IMG/VR virus record: IMGVR_UViG_3300021197_001241 | Location: 1-62,606 of that record | From: a virus | Taxonomy: Duplodnaviria > Caudoviricetes | Reading direction: 5' to 3' (one strand) | DNA: 62,606 nt | In this document: piece by piece, positions 44,918 to 53,424 of the stretch | Layout of the letters: each line of letters opens with the position of its first letter | Position numbering within the stretch: the first letter of the stretch is position 1 | Notes under the pieces: model-generated | What the model was told of the DNA's origin: nothing | Databases searched by the model: none | Seen by the model: the letters and a program-made list of their open reading frames with translations, nothing else | Position numbers and translations under genes: made by a program

Positions 44918-47179
44918 TTAAATCCTATTCCTGATAGTGTTGGCATTTGCCCTTAGACCACTATCTTTATAACTATTAACTTGTTCAATTGTTTTTACAA
45001 TTAATTTAATTAAATCGCCTTCGTCTGCTTTAACAGCCACGTTTACATCTACTGGTGTTGCACCTGCTGTAGATCCTCCGGTTGTTGCTGTTGCTGCGGC
45101 GGCGGATGCGTTTGCAGAATTAATCCTTCCACTTGCGTTTCTGGCAGTTGTTGTGGAATTAATTCTACCGGCACCTGCTTGAGCTACCGTTGAACTGGTG
45201 GCAGTTGCATTTGTAGTTGTTGACATCTCAACTTTTGTTCCGTCAAGATCGTGTGCCGCTTTTGCGGAACCCATAATAGCTGAAGAAAGCATATTGAAAA
45301 TTCCAACAATTGGGAACATAAACGTTCCCAGTGTCTTGAAAGCTTTTCCAACCATTCCCAAAATTGTTATGAATCCCGGAGAAGCAGCCTTATGCATAAA
45401 TATATCAGCAATAGATAGAATTAGAGTTGCCAGCAAGCCAATTGCAGTCAATATACCCGCACTACCTACTTGCATTGTAACAAATCCGGCGGCGACAGCT
45501 ATAGATAAACCAATAAATGCTGCACCTAGCAAACCTAAAACCACCTGCATTGTGGTACTTTCGGATTGTAGAGCCATCAATAAAATAGTAAAACCAGCGA
45601 TTGCTAGACCAAGTGGTCCTTTATTTGCCTTGAGTACTTCTTTTGAAAGGTTTCTAAAGGCGATTGTCAAAAGACCCACCGCAAGAGTTACAGCTGGAAG
45701 CACTCTTCCAAGCACCGGGATTTCAGTACTCAAAAGCTGAATAAAGTTTAAAACGGTTTTAAGAATGTTGACCAGTGGCATCAGGGTCTGTGCCAACATT
45801 CGACCTGTTTGTGCTAATTCATCCATGACGCTTTGAAAATTCTTCGCTTCTTCAGCAAGTGCAACAATTTCCGCTTGACTTTGGGCTGCGGCAGGAACAG
45901 CTGCGTCGAAGCCGTTTGCCATCATCATGGCTAATTGTGGAATATCCATTCCCAAAGTATCTGCTAGAGCCTTTCTTTGGTAGTAGCTCATATCATCGAA
46001 TGCTACCCCGGCTTCATTAACTGCATCAGATAACATTTTCATTCTTTCTGTTGGGTCAGTGGTGGTAACCATCTCCAAAGAATCCAAAAACGGTCCACCC
46101 AATAGTGCATTAAGCCTCCCAACAGATTGGGCAGCCCCATCGAAAGTATCAAACTGTTCAACAATACTAAGAACATCTGAAACTTCCATCCCAGCGGCGC
46201 GAGCGTTTACTTGCAACTTCTTGAATACATCTGTTGATTCGGATCCAAAGGCTGAAAGCTTTGGCATTGCATCGCTGAATGCCTGTGCCATAGCCTCTGG
46301 TGGCATATCTATTGTTCTTGCCAAGACAAACAATTCTCTTTGAGTTTCAGCTGCTTGGGTTGCCGAAACTCCCAAAGCCTTTGTCATAAATTGAAGGTTT
46401 TCTGCTGTAATGTCAGAAGAAATACCCAACTCATTTAAAACAGCTGTTGTTTTTGCAAGGTCGGTGCGTACTGCAGGAGTCAGATTTCTTAGATCTGTAA
46501 AGTCTCTGTTTAAAGAAAGGAATGATTCACCAGCTTCTTCTACGGAGATGCCCGCTGTGAACATTGCCTGTTCCAAGTCCATTAGTTCTTTGCCGTATTT
46601 TTCTACATTTCCACCGTTTTTTGCAAATTGAACCAGAGCCGCGTCTTGTGCTTTTGTTAAATTTATCGAACCCTTTATTACCTGTTCGATTCCAGCGGCT
46701 GCAAAGTTAGATATATCAAAAGTCTTTTTAAGCTGTTCATTTAATATGTTTGTGGCATCACCCGTATTTAAAATAGAAGCTGCGGTTCCTGCTAAGGTTT
46801 GATCAAATTCCGATGCCAGACCAATCATTTTTCCAAATGGAGTTATTAATTGATCTGCAGCTCCAGTTGCATCTTTTAGGGCTTCAGCAAGGGCTTTTGT
46901 TTCGGGGGCAGCTGTTTTTAGAACTTCTTGTAACTCAGCCACCTCCCTTCTTAGGTGCATCGCGTTGTTTCCGCTCTTTTCAAGAGCTTCGGCTTTTACT
47001 TCCAAAAATTCTATTAAAGCTTTGGCGGCAGCAGTAGCCGCTTCTTCTGCTGCGACCTTATCTTTGAGAGATTTTGCGCTTTTATTTAATGCTTCTGCTT
47101 CTTTAAGAAGTGCATTGGCATTTTTTTCTGTAAGCTCTACCTTTAATTGCAGCCTTTGTAATTCTTGTTCTGATGCCAT
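44918..47179 (-). CDS. tail tape measure protein
   Basis: 753 aa, Ala/Leu-rich helical protein with hydrophobic segments; canonical position after tube and chaperone genes. Confidence 0.8.
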   Translation of the reverse strand: MASEQELQRLQLKVELTEKNANALLKEAEALNKSAKSLKDKVAAEEAATAAAKALIEFLEVKAEALEKSGNNAMHLRREVAELQEVLKTAAPETKALAEALKDATGAADQLITPFGKMIGLASEFDQTLAGTAASILNTGDATNILNEQLKKTFDISNFAAAGIEQVIKGSINLTKAQDAALVQFAKNGGNVEKYGKELMDLEQAMFTAGISVEEAGESFLSLNRDFTDLRNLTPAVRTDLAKTTAVLNELGISSDITAENLQFMTKALGVSATQAAETQRELFVLARTIDMPPEAMAQAFSDAMPKLSAFGSESTDVFKKLQVNARAAGMEVSDVLSIVEQFDTFDGAAQSVGRLNALLGGPFLDSLEMVTTTDPTERMKMLSDAVNEAGVAFDDMSYYQRKALADTLGMDIPQLAMMMANGFDAAVPAAAQSQAEIVALAEEAKNFQSVMDELAQTGRMLAQTLMPLVNILKTVLNFIQLLSTEIPVLGRVLPAVTLAVGLLTIAFRNLSKEVLKANKGPLGLAIAGFTILLMALQSESTTMQVVLGLLGAAFIGLSIAVAAGFVTMQVGSAGILTAIGLLATLILSIADIFMHKAASPGFITILGMVGKAFKTLGTFMFPIVGIFNMLSSAIMGSAKAAHDLDGTKVEMSTTTNATATSSTVAQAGAGRINSTTTARNASGRINSANASAAAATATTGGSTAGATPVDVNVAVKADEGDLIKLIVKTIEQVNSYKDSGLRANANTIRNRI

Positions 47180-47192
47180 TCTTTATTGATTC

Positions 47193-47522
47193 CTATTTAA
47201 AAGGCCACTTTAAGCCTGTGGTCTTTTCAAACCCTTTTACTGCCTTATCTAATTTGGACTTAGTTTGAAATGTCTTGGGGTTGTCCAACCCATGCTTCTT
47301 TATAGCTTCAAGATGTTTCTTTTCGTGTCCGAGAGCCTTAGCCAAACTTTTAACGTCTGAAGGCTTGCCTTTGATAAAGGACTTAAAATTTCTCATTGTC
47401 TTCCATCCGAACATATGATTCAAAGCAAGCTCAAGAGTTCCAGCAAACATTCTGCTGAAATTCTCGTTTAATCTTTTTTCTTTTAATTCTTCTAAATCTA
47501 TTATAAAGTCTTCGTTTTCCAT
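47193..47522 (-). CDS. hypothetical virion protein
   Basis: 109 aa inside the tail module; acidic leader ending LNE, basic remainder. Confidence 0.65.
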   Translation of the reverse strand: MENEDFIIDLEELKEKRLNENFSRMFAGTLELALNHMFGWKTMRNFKSFIKGKPSDVKSLAKALGHEKKHLEAIKKHGLDNPKTFQTKSKLDKAVKGFEKTTGLKWPFK

Positions 47523-47545
47523 TTATTAAATTCCTATTTATGTTT

Positions 47546-48286
47546 TTAGCTTTTTAGCCCAATTGCAAACCGGTTTTTGGGACTGCCAGCTGTTCTATGT
47601 CTGAATAAGTTTCTTCCAAATATCTTTGTTCCATCTGCATCATACGCTATATACTCTGCCACGATATAATCCAAAGTTACAGAGAATTCTCTTATGTCGC
47701 TATTTTCATAAGTCAACTCCGGAGATTTAAGTTCTGTGATCCATGGCTTTTTCAGTATCCACTCTTCCAATTTTACGCCGTACTCGTCTATTGTTTCGAT
47801 AGTGACAGTTGGTATCTTTCGGGCGAATCGTTTAGGTTCCATTGATGAGGCTCCTTGATATATTGCCGCTTTACCAAGAGCACGTTCGATAGCGTACAAA
47901 AGGGTACTATAAAAAGATTGAAATCTTCCTTTTTCGGGCAAATCGCCAAGTATGCGCCCTAGAAAAGCTGGAGGCTTTTCGTCTCCAAATTGAGGACGCT
48001 CCATTATATCATTAAAAGTAAAGGTTACCGGTTGCCAATCAACGTATCCGCCTTCAATTAATAGTTCAGTACCACCAATTGGTATTTTTTCTTTCACGCC
48101 TTCGGTTATAGAAAAAGACGGAAGACTAACTGACTTGGCAATGTGCTGAACCTGTTGAGATTCTGACTCTAAAACTTCTCTATCTTGCTTGAGAGAAAAG
48201 TCTGCAAACTCAAACTTTACCAAAAATAGATTATTTCTTTTTGCAAAAACAGCATTTGGTTCTGTAAACCAACCTTTCATAGTCAT
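47546..48286 (-). CDS. second tail-tube-like (gp19-like) protein
   Basis: aligns by eye with 49377-49919 (KR..FLV, AKSV..P, W..V..T..D, E.W.LK, EL.Y); GGGAGG SD before ATG 48286. Confidence 0.75.
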   Translation of the reverse strand: MTMKGWFTEPNAVFAKRNNLFLVKFEFADFSLKQDREVLESESQQVQHIAKSVSLPSFSITEGVKEKIPIGGTELLIEGGYVDWQPVTFTFNDIMERPQFGDEKPPAFLGRILGDLPEKGRFQSFYSTLLYAIERALGKAAIYQGASSMEPKRFARKIPTVTIETIDEYGVKLEEWILKKPWITELKSPELTYENSDIREFSVTLDYIVAEYIAYDADGTKIFGRNLFRHRTAGSPKNRFAIGLKS

Positions 48287-48338
48287 AGATAAAGCCCTCC
48301 CATTCAACATAATTAGATAGATAGCAATCTTTTTTATA

Positions 48339-48527
48339 TCATTTTTTATTTGCTTTCTTTACTGCTTCTGCTTCGTTCTCTATTTCTTTAACAAGACGCT
48401 GCAAAAACCACCTTCTTATTTGAATAGGCAGGTTGTATGCTTCTGTGAAAGACCACCCGCCATGATACTTCATTAAGAAAAATTCTTCATACACATTCTG
48501 AATGTATTCATTATTTAGGCCAAAGAA
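48339..48527 (-). CDS. C-terminal extension of the tail chaperone, probably reached by +1 frameshift
   Basis: FFGLNNEYIQNVYEEFFLMKYHGGWSFTEAYNLPIQIRRWF; overlaps the upstream gene end in the +1 frame; no SD-associated start. Confidence 0.65.
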   Translation of the reverse strand, partial: FFGLNNEYIQNVYEEFFLMKYHGGWSFTEAYNLPIQIRRWFLQRLVKEIENEAEAVKKANKK

Positions 48528-49350
48528 AGGATACAGTGAACGGAACCTCCACGTCCGTATTAGCACCACAACTTGGACAATCAAATTCGAATGTCATATC
48601 AATGTTCGGAGTCGCCTTGGCATAAATACTTCTCAAATGTCTAGTATCTCTTGAAGGCATTACAGAAACAAACTGATTGATTGTTGATCTATCAGAGTTT
48701 CCGTTCACTGATACTATAATCGATTTTAAGTGGTCCGTCAAAGGAGTTTCTTGTAATTTATTTTTTCTTTTTGATTCCAACAGCGATGACAGCTTCTGTT
48801 CATCAATCCCATTTAGAAGTTTGACTTCGACTGTCACATTTGTCGTCGGAAGATCAATAAAGAAATTTCCGGTATCCGAAGTCTCTACTTCCGCATCGTC
48901 AGAGCTTGAAACACCAACGTTGTTTAAATCAAAAGAATACTCTGTCGATGTGGCACAGGAAGGACATGTGATTTGCGTTTCATAGTCACTTCCAAATCCA
49001 GTAATTCTTGTTGCGACAAGAATAGCATTTCTGTCTCCAACAAGCAAGGTTTTTGGATTAATATTTTTATCCAATATAACGCTTTCAAGCAATCTTTCAA
49101 TTGCCAAGCCTTTCTTTAACAAGCTTTGAGAAGTTAGAATATCTTCTTCTTTCGCTGTCATATATTTTATTTCAACAGTATCTTTGCCACATAAAGGATG
49201 ACCTTCGGGATAATATATTCCCCCCGAAGGCAAATCTACATGTTCTGTTGGTGCTGAAAAATTAAAACCTGTTGTCGGTACAGGGTCGGCATGAGCTGGC
49301 TTTTCTTTTTCCAAGCCTGTAGCCTTCTTTCTACTACTATTTCTAGACAA
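48511..49350 (-). CDS. tail/baseplate-hub assembly chaperone (T4 gp26/gp51-like)
   Basis: DLPSGG..YP, YMTAKEEDIL, two CPSC zinc pairs, ends FLWPK; between tube and tape measure genes. Confidence 0.8.
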   Translation of the reverse strand: MSRNSSRKKATGLEKEKPAHADPVPTTGFNFSAPTEHVDLPSGGIYYPEGHPLCGKDTVEIKYMTAKEEDILTSQSLLKKGLAIERLLESVILDKNINPKTLLVGDRNAILVATRITGFGSDYETQITCPSCATSTEYSFDLNNVGVSSSDDAEVETSDTGNFFIDLPTTNVTVEVKLLNGIDEQKLSSLLESKRKNKLQETPLTDHLKSIIVSVNGNSDRSTINQFVSVMPSRDTRHLRSIYAKATPNIDMTFEFDCPSCGANTDVEVPFTVSFLWPK

Positions 49351-49376
49351 TTAACACCTCTTTGTAATAAGTTAAT

Positions 49377-49919
49377 TTAGTTTTTCCAATAAGTTCTACC
49401 AGATGCAACCAATTCCGCCCAATCATATTTAAAGTCGATTGTTACTTCTGATAAGGCATCATCGCCATACTCAAGCTCGCCATACCCAACTTTAATGATG
49501 AAAGCGTTTTTAAGAGTCCACTTTTCTAGATCATTTCCATCTGAATCAATAGCTCGGATGACGACATCACCAACTGCAGCTGTTGATCTGGCTTTTGAGT
49601 TTGTTTGCGGGTTTGGATTCTTCAATTGAGAAGGACCAGCATAGCCAGACTGCTCAAGCATTTGCGCTGTAAGTTTGGCAGCGTCTGGGCTAACAGGATC
49701 AACGAGAGTCATGCTGACCTCATTCCAAGTAACCATTCCCGGATAATGAAATTTGTGATTCAAGTATGTGTGTTCTGTTGATTCAACAGTGATTTCTGGC
49801 TTGTTGACACCTTTTGCAAACCAAATTGCTCCAACATCATCCATTCCTGTAATTTGAACCAGAAATCTATATTTTCTTTTAGGTTCGACATTTGCGCTAG
49901 TCCAAAAACTGTTTACCAT
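49377..49919 (-). CDS. tail tube protein (gp19-like)
   Basis: EPKRKYRF, KPEI, YPG.VTW, LVDPVSP, EKWTLKNAF; directly after the sheath gene. Confidence 0.88.
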   Translation of the reverse strand: MVNSFWTSANVEPKRKYRFLVQITGMDDVGAIWFAKGVNKPEITVESTEHTYLNHKFHYPGMVTWNEVSMTLVDPVSPDAAKLTAQMLEQSGYAGPSQLKNPNPQTNSKARSTAAVGDVVIRAIDSDGNDLEKWTLKNAFIIKVGYGELEYGDDALSEVTIDFKYDWAELVASGRTYWKN

Positions 49920-49944
49920 TTTGTAAGGTCTCCTATTATATCTT

Positions 49945-49952
49945 TAAGTAGT
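49945..49952 (-). promoter_or_regulatory. putative late-promoter motif ACTACTTA
   Basis: intergenic, upstream of the tail tube gene. Confidence 0.6.
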
Positions 49953-49975
49953 TTTTGCAGAGATTAATCGCTAAA

Positions 49976-52828
49976 TTAATCTCCGAATGCTGCTCCGCTA
50001 TCTGTGATAACAAAGTCAATTGCGATATATTCAATCGCCTTAGCTGGCTTAACATAAACCTTTGCATAAACAATATTTTGGTCTATTAAGTCAGGTGTTG
50101 TTGTTGTGTCATCGAGAATCAATCTATATTCACTGATTCCTAGTCTATTCTGGACACTTCTTAGAATCGGATCTGCAGCTGCAATAAACCTATTCCAAGT
50201 AACCTGTACATTTTGATCGAACAGGATTCCGTTGGCAACTGCTGAAATTTGTTTCTTAACAAAGATCATCATGCGGCGAACGTTAATTCTATCAAGAGCA
50301 GAAGGAGTAGCTTGAAGTGTCTTCTGACCGAAGATAACGATTCCTTCGTTCGGGAAAGATGCGATTGGGTTGATGTTTGCATCATAAAGTTCATCTCTAT
50401 CTTGAGATGTCAACCTTTCAGTGACTGCCACTACTGGAAGTCCCGCAGAACCTTCTGTTAAGCCGCCGCGATTGAAACCAGCTGGGGCGAACCAGACTTC
50501 TGATTGAGCTTCTGAAGAAGCAAAAGTTCCGAGAGCAACTACTGAAGGTGGAACCCAAAGTAGACCGCCGTTGACGGTATCCCTGACTTGAACCCAAGGA
50601 TAGTAAGTGCAAGCATAAGAGCTGTTAATTTCTCTAGCCTGAAGGTTACTGACCGCTGTGCTTACAGATCCCAATCTGTTGCTAAACTTCTTGTATGCCG
50701 AATTAGTTTCGACGAAAGGAGTGTAAACATCTGGGATATCGACAACAGCCATCGCGTCACCTCTGTCTTCACAAACTTGAATCATGTGCTCTGTCAATGT
50801 GGGATCTGTAAGACCCGGCATTGCGATAAGATTCATGTCTATAAATTCTGGGTCTGCAACTGTGTCAATCGCTCTTCTGATTGAATTAGCAGCGTAATTT
50901 TGTTGAGCCGATTGGTCGCTAATGATATTATTGCTGAATGGCTCAAGTGCTGTAATATCAAGTCCGTCGAAACCATTGAAAAGAGGCGAAGTGAATTTAG
51001 TGTATCCCTTATCAATAACTTCTTTCCAGCCTTTAGAGCCTGAAGCCGTCATTGAATCTCCGTCTTTTCTAGATTCTTCTTCCCAGTAAACGTTTGAAGC
51101 TCCAGAAAGAATCAATTCGTCCAAAGAGAATGTCCATTGTGGGTCTAATTTATCTGTTGAAGGATCATCAGAGGTGCCAAAGTCATCACTTAGAGCATAG
51201 ATATAGTCACTGTAACCCGGATCTGCTCTATTTTCTCTAGAACCATCGGTTCCAGACAATTCCATATAAGAAGAAACATTTAATCCAAAGTAAGCATTTT
51301 TTGGATTTGAAATTCCGCCTGCTGAAGCAGATGTTCTAATTGCCGATGATGGGAAGTTTAGCTTTAATTCAACCGCTGTGCCCAAAGAGCCGGTATTCAA
51401 AACATCAGCTGGTCCAAATGCACCTTTTGATCCGGACATAATGATTGTTGACGTGCTGCCGACTGAGGTAGCTGTCATTTTAGGAGTACCCTCATACTTT
51501 GGAGGCCCATAAACACCGAATGGTAACAATCTAGGATCGATAGCAGACTGTTCTACTGAGGAATCCATTTCGACTCTGACATATGCCGAAACATTGTCGT
51601 AGTTTCCATATGATTTTAAAATTCTTTTTGTGCCGTCCCAAGCCAGTGTTCTGTCTCCAATCTTTCTCGCGACATAGTTTTGCGAAAGAGGATTTAGATT
51701 ACAGTTTGAAAATCTTTCAATGATTTGTGGAACATTATCTGTATCGCTTGCTTTTCTAAGGACCACCGTGAAAGAACCAAAAGGATTTACGCCCGCAGTG
51801 TCTCTAGAGTAAGTTAAATCTTGAATCGAGATCTTGATATTTTCTTGTGTTTCCTGACCTGCAGAAAGTGCATGCAAGCGGAAAAGCTTTTGCATGTTAT
51901 CATATGCATATGAGCCAGTATTTGTTGTCAAATCCTGCGAGAAGAACCAACCAGTGTGGGATTCTCTTGCATCTTGGCGATACTCATTTTTTCCTAGAAG
52001 TGGCAAAATAACACCAACACAATTTGCATCGAGATCTACTTTGTCCATCAAAGAAGCTTCAAAAGTTTCTCCTAGCCAGTATTCGCTCTCTCCACTTTTC
52101 AGATTGTCAGTTGGAATAACACCGCCAACGGTTTGAGGATTTGTGTTGAAAACATTTCTGATGTATCTTTGACTTGATTTATTGAAATTAAATGCTGTTT
52201 TGTGTGCTACGTTGTCTGTAGCTGAACTGCCCGTAACAATCATCGCTACGAACTCGGCTTTGTCAGAATTGTTGATCAAGTGCCCGATGGAGGCTGTTAG
52301 GGTTGTTCCGCCCGCTTCTGAGCCACTTAGAACAACTGCTGATCCGCTATCAATATACCATATAGCTGCCAATGAGCCAGTCATTGAACCACCAGCAGAA
52401 GAGGATGGTGCGACGAACAAACCATATGCGCCGCCGTTTGAAAGAACTGCCGGATTTGGATCAAGTGTTTCCCAGCCTGCTTCACCGCCTGCTGTGACAT
52501 CTTCGTTTTTAAAACCAAGAAGTCTAACAAATGTAACAGAGTCAACATCGGCTGCTAAATAAGCTTGAGCCGCATAAGACCCATACGTTGGGGCTTGGTA
52601 GTTTCCCTCCCTCCATACATCGCCAGTTCTTTTGCCAGCAACAGGATTTCCGAAGACTTCCACAAATTGCTCGAATGAGTCTACTTTAACGGGCTTCATG
52701 CCCGGACCCTTTGGCGTTCTGCCAATAATTACCGGACCTGCCGGTGCTGCAGCTGCTGGGAGCTGCGAGTTATCAATCTCTTTGGTGAAAACACCGGGAG
52801 ATACAAATTTGAATTTTTTTACAGACAT
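49976..52828 (-). CDS. contractile tail sheath protein (gp18-like)
   Basis: FVSPGV..KEID, YYPWV, WFAPAGFNRG, INPIASFP, FGQKTLQ, LDRINVRR. Confidence 0.95.
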   Translation of the reverse strand: MSVKKFKFVSPGVFTKEIDNSQLPAAAAPAGPVIIGRTPKGPGMKPVKVDSFEQFVEVFGNPVAGKRTGDVWREGNYQAPTYGSYAAQAYLAADVDSVTFVRLLGFKNEDVTAGGEAGWETLDPNPAVLSNGGAYGLFVAPSSSAGGSMTGSLAAIWYIDSGSAVVLSGSEAGGTTLTASIGHLINNSDKAEFVAMIVTGSSATDNVAHKTAFNFNKSSQRYIRNVFNTNPQTVGGVIPTDNLKSGESEYWLGETFEASLMDKVDLDANCVGVILPLLGKNEYRQDARESHTGWFFSQDLTTNTGSYAYDNMQKLFRLHALSAGQETQENIKISIQDLTYSRDTAGVNPFGSFTVVLRKASDTDNVPQIIERFSNCNLNPLSQNYVARKIGDRTLAWDGTKRILKSYGNYDNVSAYVRVEMDSSVEQSAIDPRLLPFGVYGPPKYEGTPKMTATSVGSTSTIIMSGSKGAFGPADVLNTGSLGTAVELKLNFPSSAIRTSASAGGISNPKNAYFGLNVSSYMELSGTDGSRENRADPGYSDYIYALSDDFGTSDDPSTDKLDPQWTFSLDELILSGASNVYWEEESRKDGDSMTASGSKGWKEVIDKGYTKFTSPLFNGFDGLDITALEPFSNNIISDQSAQQNYAANSIRRAIDTVADPEFIDMNLIAMPGLTDPTLTEHMIQVCEDRGDAMAVVDIPDVYTPFVETNSAYKKFSNRLGSVSTAVSNLQAREINSSYACTYYPWVQVRDTVNGGLLWVPPSVVALGTFASSEAQSEVWFAPAGFNRGGLTEGSAGLPVVAVTERLTSQDRDELYDANINPIASFPNEGIVIFGQKTLQATPSALDRINVRRMMIFVKKQISAVANGILFDQNVQVTWNRFIAAADPILRSVQNRLGISEYRLILDDTTTTPDLIDQNIVYAKVYVKPAKAIEYIAIDFVITDSGAAFGD

Positions 52829-52872
52829 CTAAAGATTCTCCTATCAAAATCTAGATTAATTTATCACAATAA

Positions 52873-52880
52873 TAAATAGT
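52873..52880 (-). promoter_or_regulatory. putative late-promoter motif ACTATTTA
   Basis: intergenic, upstream of the sheath gene. Confidence 0.6.
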
Positions 52881-52923
52881 TAGCTAATTATGCAAAATCA
52901 TTTTATTTAAATTAAAGTTAATT

Positions 52924-53313
52924 TTACGATTCTTCATTTTTTACTTTTATGAATTTTCCAACTTTTCCGGTTGCCTCTGGCAATATAAATTCATATTCGA
53001 CATCCTCTAACTCAATAGGGATATCGTTTTCTTCTCTAAGCTCATTTATTTTTTCTTGTGCTTTATCATCTAATTCTTGTAAACTAGTAAATACTTCTCT
53101 CTCTCTCTTTCTTGTCTGGAGCATGAAAGTTGCTAAATCTGATTCGGTCTTGGCCATGAGTCTGACAATATTTAAAACTGGTGCCACTTCTTTCCATTCT
53201 AAAATAATTTCATCAGGATATTCTCTTGGCTTTTCTTCAGTCTCTTCGATATCTTCTTCGGCTATGATCTGTTCTTTATTATTCTTTTTGAAAAGATTTG
53301 TTAACCACTTCAT
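52924..53313 (-). CDS. hypothetical protein
   Basis: GGAGGA SD before MKWLTNLF at 53313; the track start lies inside a terminator. Confidence 0.7.
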   Translation of the reverse strand: MKWLTNLFKKNNKEQIIAEEDIEETEEKPREYPDEIILEWKEVAPVLNIVRLMAKTESDLATFMLQTRKREREVFTSLQELDDKAQEKINELREENDIPIELEDVEYEFILPEATGKVGKFIKVKNEES

Positions 53314-53336
53314 CTTAATTCCTCCGACAATCATTA

Positions 53337-53344
53337 TAAATAGT
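53337..53344 (-). promoter_or_regulatory. putative late-promoter motif ACTATTTA
   Basis: directly after a terminator and before the next gene. Confidence 0.6.
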
Positions 53345-53356
53345 ATTGCGAAAGGC

Positions 53357-53387
53357 AAAAAACCCCCCCTTGTTTCCAAGGGGGGGC
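53357..53387 (-). terminator. strong intrinsic terminator
   Basis: CCCCCCCTTG-GAAA-CAAGGGGGGG followed by TTTTTT. Confidence 0.92.
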
Positions 53388-53424
53388 AAAATCTTTATTT
53401 AGATTCTAATTCGAGTCGTGCAGA

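Noticed and set aside
53314-53379. N-terminal TM extension of ORF 52924-53379
   Set aside because: The track start lies within the terminator hairpin; a GGAGGA SD supports the ATG at 53313.
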